DNA of 64,000 nucleotides from Octopus vulgaris (Eukaryota): positions 104,222,001-104,286,000 of the forward strand of contig OX597816.1 of the NCBI GenBank assembly GCA_951406725.2, given 5' to 3'. Shown one piece after another: positions 1 to 13,620 of the stretch; the stretch's first letter is position 1; each line of letters begins with the position of its first letter. A program made the translations under genes and the position numbers. Under the pieces are notes generated by a model. The model made no database searches. It was not told the DNA's origin and was given only the letters and a program-made list of their open reading frames with translations.

Positions 1-190
1 TCTGGATAGATTCCTTCAAAGAATACCAAATAAGCCACCCATAATTGGATACAACTCACCCAACAAGAACTCACTACTTGAATGGACCATTAACAAAACT
101 TGACTTAAACAGGATTCGAATAATCCTATCAGGTGGTGCTATTAAGTTAGACATGGCCTGGATCAATCTTTGGTCGAAACATATCTAAGT
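1..190 (+). mobile_element. 3' end of a CR1-group LINE (cut by the window edge)
   Basis: Frame 2 reads LDRFLQRIPNKPPIIGYNSPNKNSLLEW, the LD.FL..IP..P..GY...NSL C-terminus of CR1/Crack/Daphne-like ORF2. It is followed by the 3' motif GGTGGTGC...CATGGCC...GAAAC also seen in the LINE at 60.5 kb. Confidence 0.7.
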
Positions 191-396
191 TTATCTACGT
201 TTATATATATATATATGAATTAAATGTTTATAAATTCCATCCTAGGATTATTGTTATTATCATTATATTTATCCTACATTATATCGGTATAACTTAATAT
301 ATGCCCGAAAAACTGACTCACTACTCAGCATCATTAGATGGTGGCCAGGATAAGGAATAGAAGCATAATTAAAACGCTACCATAAACAAATTTAAA

Positions 397-432
<36 letters not shown>

Positions 433-498
433 GAGTGAGTGGACAAACGAAAGTAAGGTACTCGACACTCAACTCAGTTATTGGGAGTTACATGTATG

Positions 499-630
499 GG
501 TCAAAACAGTTTAATTCGAATTCGTTGGTACTCCGAGTTTCGTGCGTGATATTAATCCTCAGCCATTGGGAATTTGAATGGTTGAGGATTAACATCACGC
601 TGGAAACTCAGGGTATCAAACTATTTTGAC

Positions 631-631
<1 letters not shown>
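499..631. repeat. Long imperfect palindrome (MITE-like fold-back)
   Basis: Ends ggtcaaaacagttt / aaactattttgacc. Inner stem of ~43 bp (525-567 with 577-619) has 4 mismatches and 3 G-U pairs around a 9-nt loop. Confidence 0.75.

Positions 632-720
<89 letters not shown>
630..720. repeat. (CTAT)n microsatellite
   Basis: Perfect tetranucleotide run. Confidence 0.95.
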
Positions 721-721
<1 letters not shown>

Positions 722-1670
722 CATATGTGTGTGTGTGCTTGTGTGTGTGTGCGTGTATAAAATTGAATTAGCCACAGACGCTTACCTCCTTAATGTATTC
801 ATCATCCGAAAATCAGTGCTATGCAGTGCTAGACGGCTGGGCCTTTGGTATGCAGATGCAGTTCATTCATCGGACATCCACTCAGATTTCGTTCGTCAAA
901 TTTTACTTTCAAAAGCTTTGTGGTAGCCAAACACTATGCTAGATGACATGTGTCTAATGTTTTGTGCAATTGGATTGAATTTAAGGTTTCGTAATACCCA
1001 AAATCAACTACTTACCTGCTTGACCATATGTGTCCGGGGCGAATTAAGCACATACACCTAAGCAGACATGCAAATACGTTCACGTAGTCCTGCTCTAATT
1101 CGTGTTATACGAAGAAGATGGCTATCGTATGTAAAAATACTAACTCTAAAGACTATATAGAAAGTTCTTTAGGAGTTTCATATAACCAATAACAATGACA
1201 ATGAATGAATCATACATCGTGGCAACTTCACAAATAAAGCATGTAAAGACACAGAACAACGCAAATATAGACGCAAAAGGCAAATAGAAAATCTAGCAAA
1301 ACCGGATGCAGTTATGCAATTGACCAGTAGTAAGAGAACGATTATTAAACTAGTCATGGAAAACGATAACTATAGACAAAAGAACTAATTTGATCGCAAA
1401 ATAAAGAAGACAATTCTTATTTGAGATGGCAGAGGTGTTACAGTTAAGTAGTGAAAAGAGAATTTATTAAATAGGCAGAATAGTCTATAACATGCATCCA
1501 GTACATTCATCCAGTTTTCATTCACAAACCATATCCTTGAAATGTAGATATATGTATATGTACTTACATATACCTACACACATACTTAAATAAACACGTA
1601 CACACACACATGTATGCATTACATATGTGTATGTGTGTGGGTGTATGTGTGCATGTTTCACATATAAATT

Positions 1671-1714
<44 letters not shown>

Positions 1715-1717
<3 letters not shown>

Positions 1718-1904
1718 TTCTTTACTACCCACAAGGGGCTAAACATAGAGGGAACAAACAAGGACAGACAAAGGGATTAAGTCGATTATATCGACCCCAC
1801 TGCGAAACTGGTACTTTATTTATCGACCGCGAAAGGATGAAAGACAAAGTCGACCTCGGCGGAATTTGAACTCAGAACATAACGTTTCTGCCAGCTCGTC
1901 GCCT
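1715..1904 (-). mobile_element. tRNA-derived SINE family A (Nin-domain-like core), internally deleted
   Basis: Minus strand: AGGCGACGAGCTGGCAGAA (A box)...GAGTTCAAATTCC (B box)...GTCTTTCATCCTTTCGCGGTCGATAAATAAAGTACCAG. Relative to the 49975-50198 copy, a segment is deleted between two TAACG repeats. Confidence 0.85.
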
Positions 1905-4206
1905 ATACACACACATATATATACGTGTATATATTTGTACTTATGTATGTATGTATGTATGTATGTATGTATGTATGTATGTATGTATGTATGTATGTAT
2001 GTATGTATGTATGTATGCATGTATGTATGCATGTATGTATGCATGCCTGTATCTATGCATATGCTCTACGTGTTTTTGTTGTATGGTGAAGAACAGGAAT
2101 CAGTTTATGACGAGTCAAGTGGACTAGGTGGTTTCCAATCGTACATTGTTTGAAGCAATTTGTAAAATCATTAAGTTATACAGTGCAAGGTGTCATAAAC
2201 TGCTACTAATCATATCAACGTTGACGTATTGCCAAAGCCTAAATCTTTGAATTTGCTTGCTTTCCTATGTTTCCTACTTTTCTCTCTTTGGCCCCAATGT
2301 TCAGTTAGGCATTGAAGTATTAAAACAAGATGTCTTTATACCACAAAATGTAAAGAAAAATATCGCAAATGTGAGTCTCATCTTAAATACTTTTGAAAGA
2401 CATACCGGATAATCAAATGTAGTCCTAGATAAATAACGTATAAAAAGTGAGACTTGTTTTTATAGTTTTCAGTGGAACGTCTTTTAACCTAGGTTTCCAC
2501 CAAAATGGATAGCCTTGTGTTAAACGATATTATTAACAACAATTATAGCAAAGCAATTATAACGTAATGTTAAAATAGCACTTCATGATTATACATGATT
2601 ATAGATATCCCAGCATCATTTCAATCACCAGAATGCTGGCGAATCCTTCTGCTGACACAGAACAGTGGCTTAATGAATTCGATGACTATAATTTAGACCA
2701 ACCTTCCAAAATATGAACTATATAAACGCTTGTTTGCACCCACTAGGAAAATTATGCGGTTCTTCAGCGTGTGAGATACATACCCCAACTTTCCCGAAAG
2801 CTCTGTTCATTCTCACCTGTTTTTAGTATTTCTCCACAACCCCCGCCCCCCTCCAACAATGTTTTGCTATATCACGAATCACAACTCAATGAAAAGTGTT
2901 CAGCTTCAAATATTTCAACCTCGATGTTTAAACTCTCCATTTATTCCACTAATTTACCAAGTGTCAAATTTCAAATGCATTAAAAAAATCAATTTATGAT
3001 GAACTGGAGGAGAAAGAAGTTCAAGGTGTCAGCTAGTTTTAGGTTTAAAAAAAGTAGAAGGTGCCATTGTGTGAATATAACTTGTGTAACAGCAAGATAT
3101 CGAAGCATCTAAATCATACATTTCAGGGTTCAAAGTGAGTTTATGCAGGGTCTGTAATCCCTTTCAGGATTCAAAGTGTAAGATATTTCGAAAAAATTAT
3201 GTGTTATGAGATGAGGCGGTTAGGATGGAATAACACGTTTATTTAGAGGGAATGTTTCAGGAACTCTGAAACTAAAACCGATGTCGCTCTACTTTTGGGA
3301 AACTACGTGTGCATTAAACGTATTAAGTTGCAATTGTCAGTATATTGGACAGCAGAAAATAAGGCAGAGGACACCTAAAAATTATTTTTGGACTTATACA
3401 CGAACCAATTTTTCACTTTTCTAATACTAGATTTCGAATAGGTTTCGTACGAAAATATGGTGTTTAATCAAGCATAAAGTGTATACAGTCTACAAACTTC
3501 TATAACAAAATCTGTTTGAAATGAAAAGACTCGGGCGCAATGGGAATTTCAAAGTGTGTTTCCTGCAGGAATCATCTGAGAAAATTATTAATATGTGAGA
3601 CACAAACCTTGATATGAGTGTTAGCCATCATTTAGCATTTTAAATATTCTCCATTTTATTGACAACCTCATAAAAATATAATAAATAAAGCTGATTTGAT
3701 GCGGTTGGAGACGATGTCGTCTGGGAATTGATTATTAATTGGAAAGGGAAAAGAAAAAAAACTCTTCCTACCAAAGCGGTAGCAGATTTAAGAGAACACC
3801 CTGACAGTTTAAATGTTTTGTTAATTTTAACACTTTGCTTACGGAATGTAGCGAAATGGATCGTGAAAGGACGTAAAATAACTCTGTAAAACAGAGTTTA
3901 ACTGAAGCGTTAAGGAGAGAAAAATAAAGGCTTAGAAAACAACACCGAGTTCATATTTAATAAAAAAATGTGTAATCCTCAAGCTAACATGCAATTAGAC
4001 CATTATTACAGCAATAATGTTGTGTTCAGTTTCTATGTTGACGAGGTGAGCACAGGGCACAAAAACAGTACTCACAAACACACACAGGCACGCACACAGG
4101 CACACACACACAGGCACGCACACAGGCACACACACACACACACACGCGTATATATATACATATATATATATATATAGATAGATAGTTATAGAGAGGTTAT
4201 GTGCCT

Positions 4207-4293
4207 CCGGCCATTTGAGTCTGAGGTGTCCCCTATAGAGCTATACAGCTAAGCACTATATAGGTGCGAAACCAATGGTAGCTCTCTGACCGG
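4207..4293 (+). ncRNA. Degenerate type I hammerhead ribozyme (PLE-type)
   Basis: Stem I ccgg..gagt / gctc..ccgg; core CTGAGGTG (A9 lost); stem II cctata/tatagg; GAAA; stem III CCA-a-TGG; GTA cleavage triplet. Confidence 0.6.
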
Positions 4294-4308
4294 CTGTAAC
4301 AAACAATC

Positions 4309-4362
<54 letters not shown>

Positions 4363-4363
4363 A

Positions 4364-4424
<61 letters not shown>

Positions 4425-5126
4425 AAATTGATTTGTTAGATATATAGATATAAGAAAAGAGAATGGAAAAAAAGTGGATGGATGAATAATTTATATTTAT
4501 GATATAGAAATATTGAAAAGTTATTTTTAAAAACATAATGCAAATACATTTATTATAAGTTGAAAAGCTCAAAACCAGTGAAAAAAACCCGACATATACG
4601 TTTCAGTATTATCTCCTAGCTGAAAAGGAATTCTAAGTATTTGGTTAAATGCTATGAAAGCTATCATTTTCTAACTATAGGTTGTAGTACCTCTTCAGAG
4701 TTATTATGAGCTTATAGAACTTAGGTTATCATTTTTCCTTTTGACGGATGCATACATAATTCTCTGTTTTCAGTATGCATATGTACAGAAAATGATACCT
4801 TTATTAAAATTTAAGCAAATGCTTAGAATACCTTTTCAACTAGGAAATAGTACTGAAACATATATTTTAGCATTGCAACTTATAATTAATTTAATTGTAT
4901 TGTTATGTTTAAAAAACTGTTCAACATTTTTATATCATGGAAATACATTATGCAAACATTCACTTTTCTTCCCTTCAATATTACTACAATAATCCCTTAC
5001 TACAATGCATTACTACAATAATCCCTAACATATAGCAGTGACTTTCGCATTATATGATAGTGATTAACGAGTGGATTCTTTTGGACTATATAATCCCTAA
5101 TGTGGATCTAACTTCCTCGAATTGAC

Positions 5127-5157
<31 letters not shown>

Positions 5158-5669
5158 TCATACTAACACACACACACACACAGAAATTTTCGTTGAAATT
5201 GACTCTATAGAAATTTGCTCAAAGTGTGTGTGTGCACGTGCGTGTGTATTGCTGGTTGCCCATGTAAACATGAAATCAATGATTACAAACTCTGCATAAA
5301 TTTGTAATGCATATGTCATAATCATGCTTTGATGACAATAATTTAATCGAAGGTATTCGAATGCATGCATAACCGGCATTAAACCAAGCTATCGATTCAC
5401 TTTCATTGTTATCTAAACACAAATAGATTTATATACATATTTAGAAGTAAACAACTGATATAGAAACAAATTTCGCATAAATTTTACATTCTTAAATCTT
5501 AAAATATAAAGTGACAGTTGATAATGCTGTTCTAGAAAATTTGAATATTTAAATTTGAATAGGTACTTATGCCTGTAGTATTTTTTATAATATATCTGCA
5601 TGATCAAGAATGAGGTCAGTCTCTATCGCACAACAACAACAAGAGAAAATGAAAAAACGCGAGCGCTCA

Positions 5670-5857
5670 AAACTGCTAGATGGTAGCTCAACTAACTAAA
5701 TATATCATGCAATTGCTCCCCAGGTCTTACTCTAATGTCTTAGAGAAAAGAAGGATGCATGAGATAACATGTTTTTAGAAAAACCATATAGATATGACTG
5801 GACCGTCATTGATCAAAGACCTGGTTTTTCAGGCCATACCTGGAGCTAAGCTAAAGC
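5670..5857 (+). mobile_element. Old dispersed repeat family (SINE-like), representative copy
   Basis: The motif chain CTGCTAGA..aaatc..AAGGA.ACATTGGATAATGTAGTC..TTTGATCA..ACCTG..CTAAACAAC recurs in degenerate form near 2350-2545, 6175-6355, 25710-25857, 28453-28820, 36290-36560, 59283-59517, 62250-62435 (+) and 24795-24975 (-). Confidence 0.6.
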
Positions 5858-6633
5858 TTCTCAAATTGACAAATATCAAGCTGATCCATTGAAATATTAG
5901 TAAAATTTCTAGTCCGCAGCTTCACTCTATATTCAACAGCAGACATACTTAGTTTTACATTCATATAACGTTTTTTTACTATGGCGTTGGACAAGTTTAA
6001 AAAGTTCAGAGTCGTAATTTTGTTGAATACGGCGATTTGTCTTCTTCCTTTTCAACAGTGGAGAGTATATCTCACTCAGACGATCTGCTATGTGAAATAC
6101 GAGTCCAAACCATATGTAAAACACAGTCAGAGGTACGATTCAACAAGGGAGCTACTGCTCCCATGAGGTTACATGATCTCTTAGAGATTGTAGTAAAATT
6201 TTCCTTAAATCATAGCCTGCTGCCTTAAAAAATACGAAGGACATTGCATAATTTAGTCTTAGATTAATGGTATCTGAATACTCTTGAAATGGATTAGATT
6301 GGTATCATCAGGATAGACAGGGATATAATAACAACAACAACAACAACAACAACAACCAAACAACGACAGTAAAATCAAACGCAGCACGCACGATTGTAAG
6401 TGGTTTACATAAGCAAATGGTGTTTCAGATGAAATAAAATTTAATCAACACAGACGATCCTCTTGTGAAATTTACAGGAAGTGTTATATTAGCAACACGA
6501 AAAGAAGATACTGTCTGATTTAGTAAAGTATAAATATTATTGGTGGTATCTATATCGATATATGGTAATATTGATATTTTCCTAGTTTTGGTGCTAACAT
6601 AATTACTAATGAATGTGTGTATACATACATACA

Positions 6634-6664
<31 letters not shown>

Positions 6665-7162
6665 CTATCTTTCTGCTCTCTCTCTTTCACTCTCTCTCTC
6701 TCTCTCTCTCTGTATATCTGCGTGTGTGAGCATGAATTTTGTAGTAATGTTATTTGTAAACACGCAAGCCACATATGCACATATTTTTACACGTATGTAC
6801 ACAGTCGTTTGTAGGTATGAGTATATTACACAAAAAAATCTATACGCGAATATAGTGCTGCATTAAAATTGATACATTGTCATTAATCACCAGCTATGAA
6901 TAACGTTTTATCGATGTGCATATGTGTATGTATATATATATATATATATATATATACATACACACACATATATATATGTGTGTGTGTGTGTATGCGTGGG
7001 TCTGTGTGTCTGTGTGTCTTTGTGTCTGTGTTTTCTAAATATATATATATATATATATATATGCATATGTATATGTGTGCTTGTATGTATGATGATATAA
7101 GGCTATTGATCCGTTATAAAATATTTTGTTACTTCCTTTATTAATGTCACGCATACACACAC

Positions 7163-7226
<64 letters not shown>

Positions 7227-7399
7227 GCACAAATATACAGGCGCTTATATGTATTCAATAGGAAAGAAAGGGTTGATTTCTTCATAGTACATATCATATA
7301 TATGTATATATGTGTGTGCATATGTGTGCGTGTTTGTGTATGTATCATCATAAGTTTGTACATATGTATGCATAAAATAAGAGGAAAAGGATCAAAAGC

Positions 7400-7637
7400 C
7401 TTCCTCGAGGCATTGGCTCGTAATGCCTGTTCCCTGGATTCTGTGACATATATTATCCTCTCGATGAGATGCCGCTTCGTTGCATGATTACACAATTTTT
7501 GCCAGCTAAATGGAGTGGAGCAACGTGAAATGAAATGTTTTGATCAGAATACAATGTATCACTGGGTCTAGGAATCGAAACCACAATCTTACAATCATGA
7601 GTGCAACACGCTAACCATTAAACCACGCATCTCCACA
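7400..7637 (-). mobile_element. tRNA-derived SINE family C
   Basis: Minus strand starts GTGGAGATGCGTGGTTTAATGGTTAG (A box)...GGTTTCGATTCC (B box)...TTTCATTTCACGTTGCTCCA. Related copies at ~19085-19318 and ~29330-29485. Confidence 0.7.
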
Positions 7638-7695
7638 TACACCTACAATCATGCAATGTAATATATACTTATGTTGCTATGTTGCTTATGTAAGA

Positions 7696-7751
<56 letters not shown>

Positions 7752-9432
7752 GAGATGAAAAGTCATCGAAACATTAGTTTAACTTGCGGTAAATATTCCA
7801 GATTTTTTTAATGCGTCATATTTGAGGCTGGTCCTTTCCTTTTCTTTTAAATCCACATAGATATAATATTATACCATCGACTACTTGCTAAGTTACTTTA
7901 TATTCTTAGTAGTTAATTATTTTTATCAGATTAACGAAACCTGCAGTTTAGTGTAATGTGGTTCTATCTACTGTGTGTGTGTATGTGTGTGTGCGCGTGT
8001 GTTACTCTGATTGTATTTCATAAAAGGGTTCCAGTCGTGATTTTCTTGTTGTTTTGTATATCAGAGTGTACATTATGCAATGAGCCCATTGTTTTTCAAG
8101 ACAATATGATGTGATTTAATGGATATTTAACTGCAATTCTAGCTACATCTTTCTGGTAATTTCATGTTCTATGACACTAGGTTGCAGCTGTTTTTAAAAA
8201 TATATAGCTGTCAAACTACAGAGATTAAATTTTAAAAAAAAAAAAATTTTTAACGATCTGAATTTTACTGAAATTATAAAGCTATAAACATTGGTTCCAC
8301 GAATTTAGTTAACTCATAAACAACTGTGGAAATCATGAGTTGCTACAATTACATTGATGATGATATAAATTCTTGTACAATGAAAATGGTGTCAAGTGAT
8401 TGTGCTGTTAAGTAGAAGAACAGAAAGGGAAATTCGATATTCGCCGTTTCGTGCCTGACTAAATATGTAATGGGAAGATTGAAATAAAAGAAAACAAAAC
8501 CAGGTTAAATGCAATGCAATAAGTGATGAGTAATAAAAGTACATCAGTAATAATTACTATCTATAATCTTAAAAAGACGATCTCATAGTTTATAATTGTC
8601 AAGAGGGACGTATCGTACATTTTCGAGAACCTTAGTGTATCACCCGTATTTTGAATATTTAACTTTGTTGATGGTTCTTTACTTTCTTTTTGTTTAAATA
8701 AATGTTCACTTTTGATTTTTCTTTGTTGTTTTGGTTAATACTGATTTTCCTAGTTTCAAATATTGGGCAAAGCTCAGTGTCAGAATAAATAAATTAGAGG
8801 CTACTGATATAAATGATATTATCTCGAAAATTGAATTGTTGGCTACTTTAGAATATGTCTACAGGAACTGAACAGAACATAACTTTATAGCAAAAAATTC
8901 AGTTATAATCTATCAACATCATGACAAATGTTTCTCTTTTAAGAGATATGATATTAGGATATGAAATTTAAGCACATAAGAACTTTAGTTGGGTATGAAT
9001 TCTAGAAAGAAAAAGTAATATACCCGGAAACCTATAAGGGTGTAAAGGAGCACTAATACTAGAATATTACTTCTGTTTGTCGTTGCAAACTTTTGTTCTT
9101 TTATTTATAGTTAATTCAGAAATATAGTTTATTTTTCGTCTCTTATAATCTCTTATCTATTTATATAAAACTGAGAATGGGTGTCTGTCTGTCTGTCTGT
9201 GTGAGTCCCTAAAACTTGAGAACTACACAACCAATTTCATTCAAATTTTACACATGCCTTACTTAGGGTCCATGTAGTGTCATGGGCACAAAAATGTTTA
9301 ACGTCTTGCTTAGGTCGAGCCCACAGCAATATCACATCTTCTCCACTATTTCAGTATTACGTGTTAAAAGTGAAACAAAAGCATCTCTATTGTATGTATG
9401 TATGTATGTATGTATGTATGTATGTATGTATG

Positions 9433-9495
<63 letters not shown>

Positions 9496-10469
9496 GTATA
9501 TATATACATATATATTATGTCAGGTCACCTTCGAGTGCTACTGGTAACATGTAACCCAGTACAACCTGTTGCATGGTCGGGTCGTCGGCGACTAAACCGG
9601 CAACCCCACCAAGCTTCCTTGGTGAGGAGGGTGTTTATTGGACACCCTGCGGGATGAAAAGCAAAACCCGTCAAAGGGCGGAGGACCTCTTGAGAGTCAA
9701 CGGCCATCCAATAAATGTTAGCACGGGTACGTAGAAATTCCGGGGTGGTGTCTGGCGTGCTGAAAGACCACTGAGAGTGAGGCGCCCCTCAGCTTTTGTT
9801 AAAGCACGTCTCTAGGAGAAGGTCACTCTGATATAAAACCAGATATGCAGGGAATGGCATTGAACATTTTGGGGATCTTTGGTTTGTGCTAGAGATCACG
9901 GCGCTCCCACATCCCTGAGCCTGCGACTCATATTGGCACCAGACATCTTGCTCCGGTTTGTCTCTGGATAATGTCAATAGAGTAGAGAGGGTCTGTGAGG
10001 TGTTGTGCAAGCCTTATTGGACCTAAAACTCTGCACAGGCATTGCCGACCTCGTTTTTTTTAAATATATATATCTATCTTATTTTTAGTATATATTTTCT
10101 TCATTTTTAGTATTATTTTTTTATTATTATTCGGAAGTCCTGCGGCGATGGGAAGGTGGTGAAGCATGTAGACCTGACGGGTTGGAAGCATGTAGTCAGC
10201 GACCTGCACGTAGGCGGCCCATGCTAGATATAAAGTCGTCTCCTTGTCGCCCAAGACAGCGGTAGGATTCGGTTGCTGCATGGGTGTCTGAGCAGCTCCA
10301 TTTGGAGAGGGCACTGCTCACCTGGAGACCAGGGAGGTTCTAGAAAAGGTGAACCAAAAATTGCCTGTCTTTCCATATCTGGTCAGTTTAGCGCGACTGA
10401 CGGATGTCCACCCTGTGCTCGAAAAACAAAGAGTCTTTTATCTATAAAAATCTGGACGGAACTTAAACA

Positions 10470-11350
10470 TTTCATGTTGGAATGTGCGTACTCTGTTGGA
10501 CAACAGGAATGATTGCAGGCCTGAAAGACGCACTGCACTTGTTGCTCGTGAGCTGAACCGTTATAAAATTGATATAGCTGCACTCTCAGAGACTCGTATA
10601 GAAGGTGATGGTCAGCTTGAGGAAGTAGGAGGCGGATACACCTTTTTTTGGAAAGGAAGGCAGAAGGAGGAGCGCAGAGAGGCTGGTGTTGGTTTTGCAG
10701 TCCGATCTGATATCCTGAAGAAGTTGGAAGAGCTCCCTGTTCCTATAAATGAACGTATAATGACCCTACGGTTGCACTTGAAAGGTAAGCGGTTTGCTAC
10801 TCTAATAAGTGCCTATGCACCTACTTTGACTAGCTGTGATGAAGATAAAATAATCTTTTATACCCAGCTGAGAGCCATACTTAGAAAAATCCCCAATTCT
10901 GATAAAGTCATTCTACTGGGGGATTTTAATGCCAGAGTTGGAACAGACTGGCAAACATGGAACTCTCTAGGACGTTTTGGAGTAGAGTAGGGAAAGTGAA
11001 TAGCAATGGTCTCATGCTGTTGGAGCTTTGCGAAGAACATGGACTTTACATTGCAAGTACTCATTTTGTGCACAAAGGTGATCACACAACAACATGGATG
11101 CAGCCAAGGTCCAAAATTTGGCACTTGCTGGATTACGTCATCATCCGCAAGCGCGACATTTATGACATTTGTAATGTCAAGTCCTTGCATGGATCAGAAT
11201 GCTGGACAGACCACAGTCTGGTGCGAGCAAAGTTCCGAATGGTGATTAGGGCGAAAGGGAGAAGAGGACCAGTCAGCATTCCTCGCCGTCTAAATGTCCA
11301 CAAGGTATATGATGTTGTGGTTAGGAAAGAGCTTCAGACTCGCTTGTCAG
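10470..11350 (+). pseudogene. RTE apurinic-like endonuclease domain
   Basis: WNVRTL, DIAALSETR, GVGFAV, SAYAPT, LLGDFNARVG, LLDYVI, CWTDH. A 5-bp duplication AGTAG-AGTAG at 10981-10990 causes the frameshift/stop. Confidence 0.93.
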
Positions 11351-11354
11351 AACA

Positions 11355-12850
11355 ATGTATGGTAACTACAGAGGTATTGCTCTGCTATCAGCTGCTGGCA
11401 AGGTTCTGGCAAATATTCTTCTTACCCGTCTGAATGGGTGTCTCGTAAATGATGTCCTATCTGAATCTCAATGTGGCTTCCGATCTCGTAGAGGGACAAT
11501 GGATATGATTTTCACAACAAGACAGATGCAGGAGAAGTGCTATGAGCAGAATAAGGATCTTGTCCAGGTATTCATTGATTTAACTAAGGCCTTTGATACT
11601 GTAAATAGGGCCTTTCTATGGAAAATACTTGGCAAACTTGGATGTCCGGATCATTTTCTATCTATAATTAAATCATTTCATGATGGGATGGAGGCTTGGG
11701 ACCCATTCCTGTAGAGAATGGTGTCAAGCAGGGTGACATCCTTGCCCCAACTCTCTTTTCTTTGTACTTTGCTGCTGCTTTTACTCATGCTTTTGCTAAG
11801 GTTAGCTCTCTGAGAATATATGTCAGATGTCGATCTTCTGGCCGCCTCTTTAATCTTCGCCGATTTGCTGCCAATTCAAAGGTTTCCCAGTCTATTATTC
11901 GTGACCTCCTTTATGCAGATGACTGTGACTTAGTCACTCATACAGTGGATGACATGCAAATACTCATGAATTGCATTTCTGCTTCTTGCAGGGCATTTGG
12001 ACTCAGCATTAGCCTGGACAAGACTGTTGTAATGTTCCAGCCTACACTAGGAAATCCATATATAGAACCAGCTATCTTGGTTGAAGGAACAATTCTGAAG
12101 GTAGTAGACAAGTTTGTCTACCTGGGCAGCACACTCAGCCGTTCTTGCTCCCTGGATGAGGAAATATCTTTCAAGTTGCAGAGAGCAACTAATTCCTTCC
12201 GGTCTCTTCAGTCTCGTGTCTGGTCCCAACATGGCATCGCAAGGAGAACAAAAGTTGCTGTGTACCGTGCTTGTGTACTGACATCCATGGGAGACATGGA
12301 CTCTGTACAAACGTCAGGTAAGGGTCCTTGAACGTTTTCATCAGAGATGTCTCAGACACATTCTCAATGTTGGCTGGACCTCAAAAATTCCAGGCACACA
12401 GATCCTGAGGACAGCTGATATCTTGAGTATTGAGGCGATGGTACACAAGCACCGGTTGTGTTGGACTGGACACCTTATTAGAATGGAGGATAGAAGGATT
12501 CCTAAGCAGATGCTCTATGGAGAACTTGTGAATGGAAGGAGACTCCGGCAGAAACCAAGGCTACGATTTAAGGACTGTGTCAAGTCCTCGTTAAAGGCTT
12601 TTGATATACAGGACACTGACCGGGAGAACAATGCCTGTCATCGCCACAGATGGAGGAAGTAGGTTAAGGAGGGGATCGACAGTTTTGAGAGAGCACGTAT
12701 CCAGCATGAAGAACTTAAGCGAGCTGTGCGAAAGCGCACGGTTCGTATAGTAAATGGGGAAAGCTTGGGCTGCAATGTTTACAGTCGTGTATGCTTGTCA
12801 AGAGCAGGGCTCATTAGCCACCAACGGAGCCGCAAATGCAAAATATAAGT
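11355..12850 (+). pseudogene. RTE reverse transcriptase and C-terminus, frameshifted
   Basis: NYRGIALLS, ESQCGFR, FIDLTKAFDTV, GVKQGDILAPTLF, LLYADD, FVYLGS, WTGHLIRM..RIPKQMLYGEL across ORFs 11355-11714, 11696-12331 and 12423-12662. Confidence 0.93.
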
Positions 12851-12942
12851 TAGTCCTAGAGCGCACAATGTTCCTGAAGGTCGGCAATGGTCTTCCTCGG
12901 TCACGAGTGGACGGCCATCATATATACATGTATATATATATG

Positions 12943-12995
<53 letters not shown>

Positions 12996-13198
12996 GTTTA
13001 TGTATACATGTATATGTATAAATGTATTTCTATAGATATACATGTATATGTATACATGTATGTCTAGATGTATATATATATAGATGTAGATGTAATATGT
13101 ACACATATATATACACATATATACATGCATACATATATACACCCATACACACATACACAAACACCGATCCACCCCCACCCCCCCACATACATATACAT

Positions 13199-13525
13199 AG
13201 GTGCAGGTGTGGCTGTGTGGTAACAAACTTGGTTCTAAAACACATGGTCCTCAGTTCAGTCCCATTGTGTGGTAACTTGGCATATGTCTTCAGCTTAGCT
13301 TCAGACCAACCAAAGCCTTGTCAGTGGATTTTGTAGAGAGAAACTGAAAGAAATCAATTGTATGTATATGTATATATATGTGTAAGTCTATGTGTGTGTC
13401 CTTGTGTTTCTCCCTCATCACTGCTTCCCAACTGGTGTTCATTTATTTACATCCCCATAACTTACTGGTTTCACAAGAATAAACTGATAGAATAAGTACC
13501 AGGCGTATCAAAATATAAAAAAACC
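13199..13525 (+). mobile_element. tRNA-derived SINE family B (internal microsatellite), 3' truncated
   Basis: GGTGTGGCTGTGTGGTAA (A box)...AGTTCAGTCCC (B box)...CAAAGCCTTGTCAGTGGATTT..GAAACTGAAAGAA...GATAGAATAAGTACCAGGC. Homologous to 32808-33818. Confidence 0.8.
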
Positions 13526-13583
13526 ACTACGCAGTGTCTCATATTTTTGTTTGCCCACTCAGTTGCATCTATCAATTTATCTT

Positions 13584-13620
<37 letters not shown>

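Larger units (their letters stand above)
9517..12920 (+). mobile_element. RTE-clade non-LTR retrotransposon, near full length, inactivated
   Basis: GC-richer block flanked by (TA)-rich microsatellite, with ~0.9 kb 5' leader, APE endonuclease and RT. A possible 20-bp TSD tatatacatgtatatatata (9487-9506 / 12921-12940) is low complexity. Confidence 0.93.

Noticed and set aside
4585-4625. GAAACGTATATGTC half-hammerhead on the minus strand (similar half-motif at ~50243-50258)
   Set aside because: No CTGANGA box at a suitable distance.
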